From a virus, in IMG/VR virus record IMGVR_UViG_3300019854_000029, positions 1 through 64,000 of that record: 64,000 nt of DNA. One strand, given 5' to 3'. The notes beneath the pieces were generated by a model that was not told the origin of the DNA, did no database searches, and saw only the letters and a list, made by a program, of their open reading frames with translations. Numbering within the stretch: position 1 is the first letter of the stretch; every line of letters starts with the position of its first letter. The position numbers and the translations under genes were made by a program. This document shows, in pieces, positions 17,643 through 27,148 of the stretch.

Positions 17643-17740
17643 GATTATCGTCCTCTCTGGTTGAGACTTATGCAGTTGATGTGAAATAGCTGCCGCAGCC
17701 TAATTGGATTAGATTGCGACAGCCGTCTTTCTTCTAGGGT

Positions 17741-18082
17741 TCATCGAACACGTCTCCATAAGCCAGAACGTTCAGGCTCCCTAAACGCCTGTACGATCTC
17801 TCTCGCTATCGTGTCCTCGTTCGACCAGTGATTCACGCCGCGAACCATATTTTGGCGACCTGCTTCACGCCATACGCCGCGATAAATCATTCCCGGCTTA
17901 CCGCGCTCTCTTACACAGCAAGACTCTTCCGTGTCCACCTCGATAACGAGGCCGGTAGCCGGGTCAGTGATGTAGCCGTAGCAACCGCGCGCAACGCCGT
18001 TAATACGGATGTTCTTCATGTCCACCTGTAAGGCTGGGTTAAGCCGGTGAATCTGATTACGGAACTTAACGACGAGAAGCAT
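17741..18082 (-). CDS. hypothetical protein
   Basis: 113-aa ORF with AAGGAAAGGA 7 nt upstream of ATG 18082. It is tightly spaced inside the B-family operon. Confidence 0.6.
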   Translation of the reverse strand: MLLVVKFRNQIHRLNPALQVDMKNIRINGVARGCYGYITDPATGLVIEVDTEESCCVRERGKPGMIYRGVWREAGRQNMVRGVNHWSNEDTIAREIVQAFREPERSGLWRRVR

Positions 18083-18100
18083 TGGGAAGTCCTTTCCTTG

Positions 18101-18811
18101 TCATAGCTCAAGAAGAGCCGGGTCTTTTGGTTTCTCGCCGCGATACATGGCAAGAGCGTCAGCATGTGCGCGACTGTAGCGAGTAATAAACGTTTGCCGA
18201 GGCGTTGCAGTCGGGCCTTCCATTGCGCTTTGTAGGCACGCGGTTCGGTACGCAGAACATGACGCGGCAACCAACTGCCGTAACAGAGTGCGAACTTCTT
18301 CCGGCGACCAGTCAAGCAACCTCACGTGAACCGGGATAAGCGTAAACGCATCCTCATAATCGAGGCGGGGCACCTCGCCAACACTGATCGCCTCACCAAA
18401 GAAGTCGAACAAGATAACGCCACTGTCAGGCACGCGGCCTTGCTCAACCATGCGCGCCATAGTGCGGCGAATACGAGTCGCCACACGCTTCACGTCATCA
18501 GCGTTAAAGCCCATCCAGTTCGGAACAGACGACATCATTAACGCAGCATGGCGGGCAATAGTGCGATCAACGGTCGGGAACGCGAGATCACCCTCGTCGA
18601 AATACCGCACCAATAGGGGAGACCTAGCCGCTTGTGCGCTTACACGCCCCGCACGCATAGGAAACAGTTCAACCTCAAGCTCACCCAACGGGCGAACCGG
18701 ATTACCACCGTTGCGCACGTCGAGACTACGGAAGTAGTAACTGACCTTGAAGCGGCGACCGGAACGCGAGTCCACCTCACGTAGCCGAATGTTCTCTGGG
18801 TTGTAAATCAC
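18101..18811 (-). CDS. family B paralog (B1)
   Basis: MIYNPENIRL N-terminus, VATRIRRTMARM, FDFFGE. Confidence 0.8.
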   Translation of the reverse strand: MIYNPENIRLREVDSRSGRRFKVSYYFRSLDVRNGGNPVRPLGELEVELFPMRAGRVSAQAARSPLLVRYFDEGDLAFPTVDRTIARHAALMMSSVPNWMGFNADDVKRVATRIRRTMARMVEQGRVPDSGVILFDFFGEAISVGEVPRLDYEDAFTLIPVHVRLLDWSPEEVRTLLRQLVAASCSAYRTACLQSAMEGPTATPRQTFITRYSRAHADALAMYRGEKPKDPALLEL

Positions 18812-18819
18812 TTCTACTC

Positions 18820-19329
18820 CTACGATTGCGAATCCAATGAGATGAGCTGGCTGAGGACGCTCTGTGAGCCTTCGATCTCCTGTACCTGAGCGACAAGCAC
18901 CTCTGCGAGTCTCTTTGCCGCCACGTATTGCGTTGATTCAACGCCGTAGCGGCTCGCAATGTCATCAAGGCGCGCAGGGATGGTCGTCGCGCTACCGTCC
19001 TTGGATGTCAGCATGTCCGCCAGATTGAGGACCAGAAGCTCTGGTGATTGGTAGGAGCTATTTGGCTCCCCATGATGGAAAATCTCAGCCCAGTACGCAA
19101 AACCGAGAGAACGCAGCAGGTCGCCACCAAGTTCCTCGTGCTCGGATTGTTCATGGGCGAACTGATAACCAATGTCGTGCAGGTATCCCATGACGAACAT
19201 TTCTCGACACTTCTCGTCCGACCACCCGAACAGGGCGCACCCCAGTTCGGAAGCCCTCACACCTACACCGCGACAGTGGCGCAGCCGGTTCTCGTCCATG
19301 CCAATTGCAGGCATCTCATCAGTCATCAT
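18820..19329 (-). CDS. HD-domain phosphohydrolase (small, stand-alone)
   Basis: 169 aa. HCRGVGVRASELG ... GYLHDIGY ... H..H matches the H...HD...H(D) pattern of the HD superfamily. Confidence 0.8.
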   Translation of the reverse strand: MMTDEMPAIGMDENRLRHCRGVGVRASELGCALFGWSDEKCREMFVMGYLHDIGYQFAHEQSEHEELGGDLLRSLGFAYWAEIFHHGEPNSSYQSPELLVLNLADMLTSKDGSATTIPARLDDIASRYGVESTQYVAAKRLAEVLVAQVQEIEGSQSVLSQLISLDSQS

Positions 19330-19379
19330 GCAATCCTCTGCATTTCGTCGGCCAAGGCAATCACTTTTTGCTCCTACGG

Positions 19380-20030
19380 TTACAGGTCCAAGCGAGGCTC
19401 ATCAAGGCGCTCTAGTCTCTGAATTACTGCCTCATACTTGTACTTAAAGAGAACGTCACTATCCTTTCCTTGCGGGCGACTCTGAGTGACAGTGCGACAT
19501 GCTTGCTGGAAAGCAAGCCAAGAGCGAGCGACCGTCACCATAACTGAACGGCGAATTTCCTCATCGCTACGGCCACGCCAGTTAGTCCGTAACTGCATGA
19601 AGCATGAATCAAACGGCGCACCGGTTAACTGTTCTCCAAACAGGTCAAACCTAGCCGTTGAGCTAGAGTTTTTTGCGAGGGTGAGACCGCGCCGAATACG
19701 AGTAACGATACGAGCAATATGCTCACAGTCAATCTTGTTAGCTAAGTCAACGTTCGTGACGGCACTCATCAAAGCCGCAGTGTGATAGCGCAAATGGGCG
19801 GGCGTGTCAGGGAATGTGAAATAGTCCAGATCAAAGTAGCGACTGAGGGAGTGGTCTAGATCGTAAGGCTTCACAATCATGTAGCCGGTTTCCGGGGATA
19901 ACCGTCCCACTTGCATTTCCCCAAGCAACGTAGGGGACTTACGCTCTGGTGCGTAAACGACACGATAAATCGTGTATGTATCACCGCATTCAATTGGCGC
20001 AAGTTTAATGAATCTAGGGTCGTAAATCAC
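19380..20030 (-). CDS. family B paralog (B2)
   Basis: MIYDPRFIKL, VTRIRRGLTL, FDLFGE. Confidence 0.8.
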   Translation of the reverse strand: MIYDPRFIKLAPIECGDTYTIYRVVYAPERKSPTLLGEMQVGRLSPETGYMIVKPYDLDHSLSRYFDLDYFTFPDTPAHLRYHTAALMSAVTNVDLANKIDCEHIARIVTRIRRGLTLAKNSSSTARFDLFGEQLTGAPFDSCFMQLRTNWRGRSDEEIRRSVMVTVARSWLAFQQACRTVTQSRPQGKDSDVLFKYKYEAVIQRLERLDEPRLDL

Positions 20031-20046
20031 GCTCTGTCCCCACTTT

Positions 20047-20673
20047 TCAGAGCTGGACCGACGCGGGTAGGCCGTTCGTGGTCATTGGTGCGCTCATGAG
20101 CGTCGAGCAGCGTTCGCTATAGCTATTCCTGAACGTCGTGTACAAGGTGTTACGGTCAACGCCAGCAGGAACAGCCTCTACCACCTCGGCAGCTTCCTTA
20201 AACGCCGCCCACATGCAGAACACGAGGTGACGAGTGAACATGCGAGAGCGTTCCTCGTCCATGAGCATCAAGTTCGAGTCCATCACGAAATGTCCGAACG
20301 CATACGTTTCTAGAGCCTCACGCTGAGTGATTTCCTTACCGAACAGCGTGAAAATAACCGGCCTATGAAGCCCCTCGTTTTCGATAACGACCTTCATGTG
20401 GCGACGAACATTACGAGCCGCGACAGTCGCATCCTCAACAGTGAACGTGGCGGCGGTAAGGAGCTGAGCGACAGTGAACCGCAAGGCTTCCTTATCAGCA
20501 AACAATGAGTCCGTCGTGTACTCACACAACGCAGTCCCATTGGGGAGCTTCACGCGAATACGTCCCATGTCAGCGTCGGTCTCAAACCGGGCAACCTTCT
20601 TCTTCCCCTCAGCCCGGAAGTTATAAAACACGTCTCGGCCCTTCAAGGACACGCGGTCAGGGTAGTAGAGCAT
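20047..20673 (-). CDS. family B paralog (B3)
   Basis: MLYYPDRVSL, ARNVRRHMKV, FTLFGKE. Confidence 0.8.
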   Translation of the reverse strand: MLYYPDRVSLKGRDVFYNFRAEGKKKVARFETDADMGRIRVKLPNGTALCEYTTDSLFADKEALRFTVAQLLTAATFTVEDATVAARNVRRHMKVVIENEGLHRPVIFTLFGKEITQREALETYAFGHFVMDSNLMLMDEERSRMFTRHLVFCMWAAFKEAAEVVEAVPAGVDRNTLYTTFRNSYSERCSTLMSAPMTTNGLPASVQL

Positions 20674-20744
20674 GGTTACAGTCTCTTTCTTTATAGGTTT
20701 CTGGTCTTGACTGTTAAACGCCCACTAAACGGCGCACACCACCG

Positions 20745-21440
20745 TTAAAGGTCAGCCGGAATCCGATCATTACGGTCCAAGTTGTACTGGCTGATCTGAA
20801 AATCGTAGTCCACGCTGTACATCTCGTTATAGGCGCGTGAAGCGTCTATGCCACGGAAGTTCAACGACGCGGCGCACCCGTTTTCGTGCGCCCGCCAAGC
20901 CGCATAAACCATGTTCATGAGCCGCTTACGGTTCCCCCCAGACTGGTGAATCAAGTCCGTGCGAGCCATGAACGTCCCCGGCGCGGTCTGCGCGAACACA
21001 TCCAGTTCGCCGGGCCGATAGTAGTGCAGCATCCCACCCAACAGGTCGAACACGATGTCCAAGGGCATACCGTTTTCCCTCTGGTCTGCTCGGCGCATAA
21101 AATCACGCGCCCGGCTTGCAACAAGCATCAAGTCCTCCCGCGTGTACCGCCACGGGGCGACAAGCGGGAACATGAGGCACGCGACCATACGCAAATCCGG
21201 CTTACGTTCAGCGACATAAATGTTCCACGCGAACGACGCTTGCGGGTGGAAGCCCGTAGTCTTACCCGTCGCAGTCACTTGAATCGTGGACGCACCCACT
21301 TGACGCAACGTCAAAACCCCAAGACTCAACTTAGGGTTTCCGGGCCTCTGGTAGGACACAACAATGTCCCCCTGATACGTCCCCCACACGTTATCTTTCA
21401 AGTCAGGGGACAAGATCACGTTCCGAGGATGGAAAAACAC
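20745..21440 (-). CDS. family B paralog (B4)
   Basis: MFFHPRNVIL, ASRARDFMRR, FDLLGG. Confidence 0.75.
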   Translation of the reverse strand: MFFHPRNVILSPDLKDNVWGTYQGDIVVSYQRPGNPKLSLGVLTLRQVGASTIQVTATGKTTGFHPQASFAWNIYVAERKPDLRMVACLMFPLVAPWRYTREDLMLVASRARDFMRRADQRENGMPLDIVFDLLGGMLHYYRPGELDVFAQTAPGTFMARTDLIHQSGGNRKRLMNMVYAAWRAHENGCAASLNFRGIDASRAYNEMYSVDYDFQISQYNLDRNDRIPADL

Positions 21441-21459
21441 TCTAAGCCTCCAAAGCGGC

Positions 21460-21471
21460 CAATTTAGTTAC
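21460..21471 (+). promoter_or_regulatory. Recurring upstream element, core-only copy (upstream of D1)
   Basis: CAATTTAGTTAC differs at one base from CAATTTAGGTAC (the 8.3-kb copy). It lies 90 nt upstream of ATG 21561. Confidence 0.35.
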
Positions 21472-21560
21472 CGATAACAGCTTGAAACGCGCGGAATAAC
21501 AGCGGAAACACATTAAAACAAGACGTTTTTAACCACTAGCACCTAGTGAAGGAGCAAGTC

Positions 21561-22193
21561 ATGCAGCTCTCAGACGCATTCGATCTCGGTAAGGCCACCA
21601 CGGCCACACTCAAACGCCAGAAAGTAACACTCGACCAAGTACGAGCCGACACTGGGCTGCGAGCCAAGATCACAGCAAGCGTCCTGCGCAAAGCCATTAA
21701 AGACGGCTTCCTGTGGGACGGCCTGAAAGTGCGTGTCCAAGCGTGGGGGCCAGCGGTTCTTGTTGAACTGTGGGCGCTCGCTGAGCCGGACAATCAGAAG
21801 CAGCTATGTGGCTTATTTTCAATTGTCCAAAGCGAAAGCGGCAGGGCCGTTGTCAATATCGCGCCAGAACTAGAAATCAGTAGGCAACGCGCGAACATTA
21901 TTCTCCGCAACCTCACGTCCCCCCAAGGCCAACCACCGTTGAAAACCGACCTTGGTCTCTACGTTGGCTACGGGACTCGCCCCAGTGACGGGAACGCCAC
22001 TACGCCACGCTACCCAGCGGACATGCCCGAAGCAGCCAGCGCAGCGCTCCTAGCGTTCCCGCAAGACATGTCAGAACGCCCCTTAGTGGCAGGCAGTCGC
22101 GTATTTATAGTCCGCGAGTGGGACAGTATCGTTCGCGCCAGTGTCTTGAGCCTACGTTTCCTCAATGATGGGCTTATTGTCTGTTCCCGCTAA
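21561..22193 (+). CDS. family D paralog 1 (unknown function)
   Basis: The track start is GTG 21546; ATG 21561 has GAAGGAG 6 nt upstream. It shares FLW[DE] and EISR[QH]RA..IL with 22218-22823. Confidence 0.75.
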   Translation: MQLSDAFDLGKATTATLKRQKVTLDQVRADTGLRAKITASVLRKAIKDGFLWDGLKVRVQAWGPAVLVELWALAEPDNQKQLCGLFSIVQSESGRAVVNIAPELEISRQRANIILRNLTSPQGQPPLKTDLGLYVGYGTRPSDGNATTPRYPADMPEAASAALLAFPQDMSERPLVAGSRVFIVREWDSIVRASVLSLRFLNDGLIVCSR

Positions 22194-22217
22194 GGTTCGT
22201 GAAAGACACTCGTATTT

Positions 22218-22823
22218 ATGCCACACCAGTCGAAAAGACCTTTTAAGCGCTCATTCAATCTTGGTGTCGTTCAAGCTGTCGCGCTCAATGAGCTTGGTTT
22301 AACTATCGAGCAGGCGCGACAGTCGTTGCACGCTTCTTACTACGTCGCTAACCGAGTGCTTATTGAAGCCATCAGGCAAAACTTTCTATGGGAAAAAATG
22401 ACCTCTTCGGTTTCTAAAAAGCGCGATTTTCTTGATGTGGCCTTGCGGAAAAAGAAAGGCCCTCTCTACGACTACGTGTACGTTGAACGCCAGAACGGAG
22501 CGTTTCTAACGCCGCTACCGTGCGTGGAAATTGAGATATCCCGACACCGGGCGAAAGCGATTTTGCAGGCCGTCCTCACCACGCATGAAATGACGTTCCC
22601 CATCCCTTCCGAGGTGCGTATCGCGCTAGGAGATCGAACCAAGCCCAAGCCCCGAGAAATCCGCAGCCCGTTCACCTTGCAGGAAATCATGTACGCGCGG
22701 CGACGTAAGACACTCAACGGGAACATGCTCGTCTACACGCCGCAAGACCGTTTTAACATCCTTACGGGCGCTGCCGGAGCATTAACTTACAGCCATACAA
22801 CCGGATTCTTGTACCGCCCGTAG
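22218..22823 (+). CDS. family D paralog 2
   Basis: 201 aa. IRQNFLWEKM and EISRHRAKAILQAV align with D1. Confidence 0.75.
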   Translation: MPHQSKRPFKRSFNLGVVQAVALNELGLTIEQARQSLHASYYVANRVLIEAIRQNFLWEKMTSSVSKKRDFLDVALRKKKGPLYDYVYVERQNGAFLTPLPCVEIEISRHRAKAILQAVLTTHEMTFPIPSEVRIALGDRTKPKPREIRSPFTLQEIMYARRRKTLNGNMLVYTPQDRFNILTGAAGALTYSHTTGFLYRP

Positions 22824-22837
22824 AAAGGCAGGCTCTC

Positions 22838-23821
22838 ATGCCAGCGCTTTATATCCTCATCGGCCCAGCGGGGGTCGGTAAGACAAGCCTTGTGAACAGG
22901 ATTAGCGCCGGTAATGTCGTGTCTACAGACGCTATTCGCATCGAACGATACGGTTCCCTCACGGAAGGCAACAAACATAACCCGCAAGTATTCAAGGCTG
23001 CTTACAGTTACATTCACACGCTGCTGGACATGGGACAAGACGTGTTCTTTGACGCGACGAACATTAGGCGACTCTTACGCGCCGATCTGTATCAGGACGT
23101 GAAGAAACGTCACCCTAATGTTCCCGTCATCGCGCTCATCATTCATAAGCCTCTCGCTCAGATTCTTGCCCAGAACGCTTTACGTATGGGGGACGCTCGG
23201 GTACCTGAAGAAGCTATCCGCTACATGTACCTGCACTTGGATATTCCGCGCCTCGGAGTAGACGCAGACGCAGTAGAACTGCAATGCCCCGCGTTCGACG
23301 AGTACATTCCCGAAATGACGCTCAACATTGACGCACCCCACCGCAACCCCTACCACGTGGAAACAATCGCGAAACACCGCGAGCGCGCCATACAGATCGC
23401 AGCGAGCGGCCCATACGCAGACAACCCCGCGTTAGCTCACGCAGCCGCCTACATTGACCTCGGTAAACCCGTCGCACGCACCCCACAAGACACGTCCACG
23501 CCATCAGGCGCTTACGCAGCGGCCCACTGTGGCGGCTACGACATGTACGACTGCTACGAGAAAGTCAGCGCCCTCTACTTCCTCATCGCACACAAAAACG
23601 CGCTCACCCCCTACACGTGGCACGTAGCCGAAAGCATCTTCCAACACGTCCACGCGCACAGTGGCTTCACGAAACGCTACGCCGCCACACACCACCTCAC
23701 GCGCGACGTGATAGCCACAAGCAAACAACTCGCCTCCATCGACCAACAAGCCAGCCTCACCAACCCGCAGGTACTCAACACCTTCAAGCACCTGCAACTA
23801 GCCGAAAGGAAAACAGCGTAA
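22838..23821 (+). CDS. P-loop kinase / HD-like fusion (K2) with a degenerate HD dyad
   Basis: MPALYILIGPAGVGKTS (Walker A) and FFDATNIRR (PNK/AAA_33-like). The C-terminal half is colinear with K1, but FHDLGK is replaced by YIDLGK. Its stop overlaps the start of the next gene (TAATG). Confidence 0.8.
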   Translation: MPALYILIGPAGVGKTSLVNRISAGNVVSTDAIRIERYGSLTEGNKHNPQVFKAAYSYIHTLLDMGQDVFFDATNIRRLLRADLYQDVKKRHPNVPVIALIIHKPLAQILAQNALRMGDARVPEEAIRYMYLHLDIPRLGVDADAVELQCPAFDEYIPEMTLNIDAPHRNPYHVETIAKHRERAIQIAASGPYADNPALAHAAAYIDLGKPVARTPQDTSTPSGAYAAAHCGGYDMYDCYEKVSALYFLIAHKNALTPYTWHVAESIFQHVHAHSGFTKRYAATHHLTRDVIATSKQLASIDQQASLTNPQVLNTFKHLQLAERKTA

Positions 23822-24891
23822 TGGCACGCGATACTGATATCGCTCAGGTCCCGACCAACCCTAGCGTCACTGTCAGACTTGAGTGGGAAGAAAAAGACGA
23901 ACGCGGAACACTTGTTTTCAGTGACTCGCGGTATAAGCCGATCAGTGTCGAGGTGGAAGAACTTAAAGGAACTCACCAGCCGATCATTCGCATCATCTAC
24001 TACCGTGGCGGCAACGACTATGCGCGGTATGTCAGACCAAAGTCCGGCGCACCATTAAACGCGCAAAGCATCATGGCAGGCATTGAAGTAACACCGGACA
24101 GAATGCGCTCTGTTCAGCGCATGATTGGGCTGAAGAAGATTTTCTTCTACAAGACTGTATCTCTCATTAAGAACGGCCCGTTCGACGGTCACCCTGAGTT
24201 CAAGAGGCTCAGGACACTTGCAGACGAAATTGCGCGTTGGGCGTTCCAAGTCTATGAAGAATACGGTGTTAGGCACGATGAAGCGGCAATGTGTGACTAT
24301 CTCGCTGCGGAGGTAGCAAGGCTTGGCGAAATGCCGCAACAGCCGTTGGTAAGCCAACGTAATCTACGCGCATCCATCACCTACCAGCAGTTCTTAAAAA
24401 CCCCCGGCCTCATTGACGACCTAGACGCACACGACACCGTGCTCTACTGCCACGCGCGCGACATGAGCGTCAACTTCATTTCGTTCCTACTCGCACTCCC
24501 CAAGGAAGAAGTGAAAGACATCATCAAGGAGAGCCGACGGGCAGGAAAGAAGCCTCGCGCAACGGGGGAGAGTGGTGAGTCAAAGCTCTATCCCACTGGG
24601 ACAATCCTCGTGACCTCATGGAGCTATGAGAGAACAACTGTCTCTTTCTGGCAGGTTGTTCGCAGTACCGAGAAAACCCTCTGGGTTCAGCGAATCCGCG
24701 TCACAGCGACAGTCAACACTCCGACATACAAGGAGCTAATGCCCGTCATGCCCCCAGAACCAGTTGACGACACCGTGTACCAGTGCCGAATTAACCTCCG
24801 GTTCGGACGAAATACCCCTATCTGCATTCAGAACGCGCGCGCATACGTCTGGGAGGGTACGCCCGCGCAAGCGTCCGGCGATTATTCTTAA
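23821..24891 (+). CDS. HTH superfamily, E-type, full length (E1)
   Basis: ATG 23821 lies inside track ORF 23617-24891. MARDTDIAQVP...VRLEWEEKDERGTLVFSD aligns with E2/E3. The HTH is FISFLLALPKEEVKDIIKE, and the C-terminal domain is SKLYPTGTILVT...FWQVVRSTEKTLWVQ. Confidence 0.8.
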   Translation: MARDTDIAQVPTNPSVTVRLEWEEKDERGTLVFSDSRYKPISVEVEELKGTHQPIIRIIYYRGGNDYARYVRPKSGAPLNAQSIMAGIEVTPDRMRSVQRMIGLKKIFFYKTVSLIKNGPFDGHPEFKRLRTLADEIARWAFQVYEEYGVRHDEAAMCDYLAAEVARLGEMPQQPLVSQRNLRASITYQQFLKTPGLIDDLDAHDTVLYCHARDMSVNFISFLLALPKEEVKDIIKESRRAGKKPRATGESGESKLYPTGTILVTSWSYERTTVSFWQVVRSTEKTLWVQRIRVTATVNTPTYKELMPVMPPEPVDDTVYQCRINLRFGRNTPICIQNARAYVWEGTPAQASGDYS

Positions 24892-24930
24892 CCAACAGCA
24901 ACCATCTAACAACCGAAAGGCAACAGGACG

Positions 24931-26004
24931 ATGAGCCAGAAGAAAGAAACTGTCCCTCTCCACGGGTATGTCGGCGTGACCGCTGATGTTGAGTGGGAGA
25001 AAGAAGGCGAGAGCGGCAGGGTAACGTTCCACGGCACAGGTAACTTCCAAGATAAGTTCCCGCCGTTGGAGTTTAAGGTCGATCACCTTAAAGGCAGCAC
25101 CGTCTCACTCACGCGATTCACTTATTTCCTTAACGGGAAAGAAAAAGCGCGCTTCGTTGAGGACATGAGAGAAGGGGAAACTGTCACTGCGAACATGGTC
25201 GAGTTCTACGCCAGTTTGTACCTTGAAGGCAGGTCACAGTTCCCGAGTTCCTACAAGCAAATGTTTTCTCACAAGGCATTCGTGTACCTCTGCAAGGGGC
25301 CATACGCGCGGTTTGTCGATTGCCGTCCAGGACTATCTACTTTGGTGCGCAAAGTCGCAGAGTGGGCAACACACATCCTAGAGACGCGCGGACCCCGATG
25401 TGAAATAACCGGAATCTACGATTACAAGAGGAAAGACGTCCTAGAGATTCAAGACGGCAACGTTACTTTCACCAAAACAATGGAAGAAATGGGCCTCCTC
25501 CCCATTCACTTCCCCTCGCTCGTGAACACGCCGGGGTGCTTCTTCCCGCACCTAAGCGTAGAGAGCAACGCTTTCGCAGCCGCCGCACTCGGAGCCGAAA
25601 CAAAAGACATCGCATGGCTACTGTCAATTTCAGAAGAACAAGCCAGAGCATTCAGCGCCCCCGCGCGCAGAATATGGCTAGACCCACGAAACGAGTCGAA
25701 ACTTTATCCCATTGGGACAATCTTCATGACCGCGCGCCCTATGGCATCCGATCAGGTGCTTCTTAGGTACTGGCAAGTGGTCCGCTGCACGAAAAGAACC
25801 CTCTGGATGCAAGAGCTACAAGCCGCAGGAGACCGCCAGACAGGACGATATCTCCCCGTGCGCGACACTATGAAGAATGACGCTATCTACGAGTGCCGCA
25901 TCAACCTGAAAGCCGCAGTCGGGGCACCCATCCGCATCGACGGGGATATCGCAACCATCTGGGCCAGGAAAGTATTCACAGAGGACGCTCATCGCACTGT
26001 TTAG
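24931..26004 (+). CDS. HTH superfamily, E-type (E2)
   Basis: MSQKKETVPL...VEWEKEGESGRVTFHG; AAAALGAETKDIAWLLSISEEQ; SKLYPIGTIFMT...YWQVVRCTKRTLWMQ. Confidence 0.85.
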   Translation: MSQKKETVPLHGYVGVTADVEWEKEGESGRVTFHGTGNFQDKFPPLEFKVDHLKGSTVSLTRFTYFLNGKEKARFVEDMREGETVTANMVEFYASLYLEGRSQFPSSYKQMFSHKAFVYLCKGPYARFVDCRPGLSTLVRKVAEWATHILETRGPRCEITGIYDYKRKDVLEIQDGNVTFTKTMEEMGLLPIHFPSLVNTPGCFFPHLSVESNAFAAAALGAETKDIAWLLSISEEQARAFSAPARRIWLDPRNESKLYPIGTIFMTARPMASDQVLLRYWQVVRCTKRTLWMQELQAAGDRQTGRYLPVRDTMKNDAIYECRINLKAAVGAPIRIDGDIATIWARKVFTEDAHRTV

Positions 26005-26074
26005 TCGCGCGAAACTATCCGACGATTACTCCTAGCCAAACACAACCATTTAGCACGAGAAAGGCAATAGCCCA

Positions 26075-27121
26075 ATGAGTCAGAAGAAAGAAACCGTCCC
26101 CCTCAGCAGATATGCCGGGGTAATCGCTGTTGTCGAGTGGGAAGAAGAAGGGAAAAGCGGAAAACTCAATTTCCACGGCGCAAGCGACCTCCTGCCGTAT
26201 GAGTTCAAGATTGAGCACCTTAAAGGCACGCATATTCCACTCGCACGGATTTCCTATCTCCTCAATGGGAAAGAAAAAGCACGCTTTGTTGTAACCGCAC
26301 AAAACGGCGTTGACCTAGACACTCTCACGGGATACGCAGTTAACGCCAGTAGGGGAGACTCGCAGGTTCCAAAAACATTGTTCAGCAAAGTCAGCGCTTA
26401 CGTGTCTCACGTGGGGCCATACAAAGAGAGCTTCCCTAGCAACTTAGATAAGTATGAGGCGCTACGCGCAATCACAAAGTGGGCAGATCACGTACTGAAA
26501 GCACACGGCCCACACTATGAAGTCACTGGCATCTACAACTACTCGACAGGGGAAGTTGAAGAAGCGGAAGGCTTCATCGACTTCCCGGACAAAATGCTAA
26601 AAAAGGGCTTCCCCATTTACTACCGGATGCTCTTACACACGCCGGGGTATGTCATCCCCGGCCTAGATCGGAACGACAACATAATCGCGGCTATCGCGCT
26701 CGGAATGGAACCCGAACACATTGCACGCCTGCTAGTAATGAAGGAAAAAGATGTCAGGAACATCGCCACTTGCATAGTCGAGCAAGGGGAAGCTCAAAAC
26801 GACTCGAAACTTTACCCCATCGGCACAATCTTCGTAACCGAACGCCCCATGCCCCTCGACGTAAGAATAATTAGGTTCTGGCAGGTGATTCGATGCACTG
26901 AGAGAACCCTATGGGTTCAGGAAGTACATGCTGACCAAGCTGTCCCCAGCGACCGAGATCGGTTCCCTGTACGCGACATGCCCGTGAACAACACCATTCA
27001 CATGTGCCGAATCAACCTGAAAGCCCACCGCGAGACCCCCATTCACATTGACGGGCAACTTGCAACCGTATGGGCCGGAACAGTCCTCACAAAAGACAGA
27101 CTGTGGTCATATCGCTCTTAG
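26075..27121 (+). CDS. HTH superfamily, E-type (E3)
   Basis: Shares the MSQKKETVPL start and near-identical 5' DNA with E2. Motifs: AAIALGMEPEHIARLLVMKEKD and SKLYPIGTIFVT...FWQVIRCTERTLWVQ. Confidence 0.85.
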   Translation: MSQKKETVPLSRYAGVIAVVEWEEEGKSGKLNFHGASDLLPYEFKIEHLKGTHIPLARISYLLNGKEKARFVVTAQNGVDLDTLTGYAVNASRGDSQVPKTLFSKVSAYVSHVGPYKESFPSNLDKYEALRAITKWADHVLKAHGPHYEVTGIYNYSTGEVEEAEGFIDFPDKMLKKGFPIYYRMLLHTPGYVIPGLDRNDNIIAAIALGMEPEHIARLLVMKEKDVRNIATCIVEQGEAQNDSKLYPIGTIFVTERPMPLDVRIIRFWQVIRCTERTLWVQEVHADQAVPSDRDRFPVRDMPVNNTIHMCRINLKAHRETPIHIDGQLATVWAGTVLTKDRLWSYRS

Positions 27122-27148
27122 CGACGAAAAAACGCTCTTTTCTATCGA

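Noticed and set aside
23617-23820. N-terminal extension of track ORF 23617-24891
   Set aside because: It lies inside the K2 coding region in another frame and is Pro/Arg/Thr/His-rich. Paralog alignment supports ATG 23821.
809-27121. Diversity-generating retroelement as the source of paralog variation
   Set aside because: No reverse transcriptase or template repeat was recognised. The paralogs differ along their whole length, not in a localised variable region.
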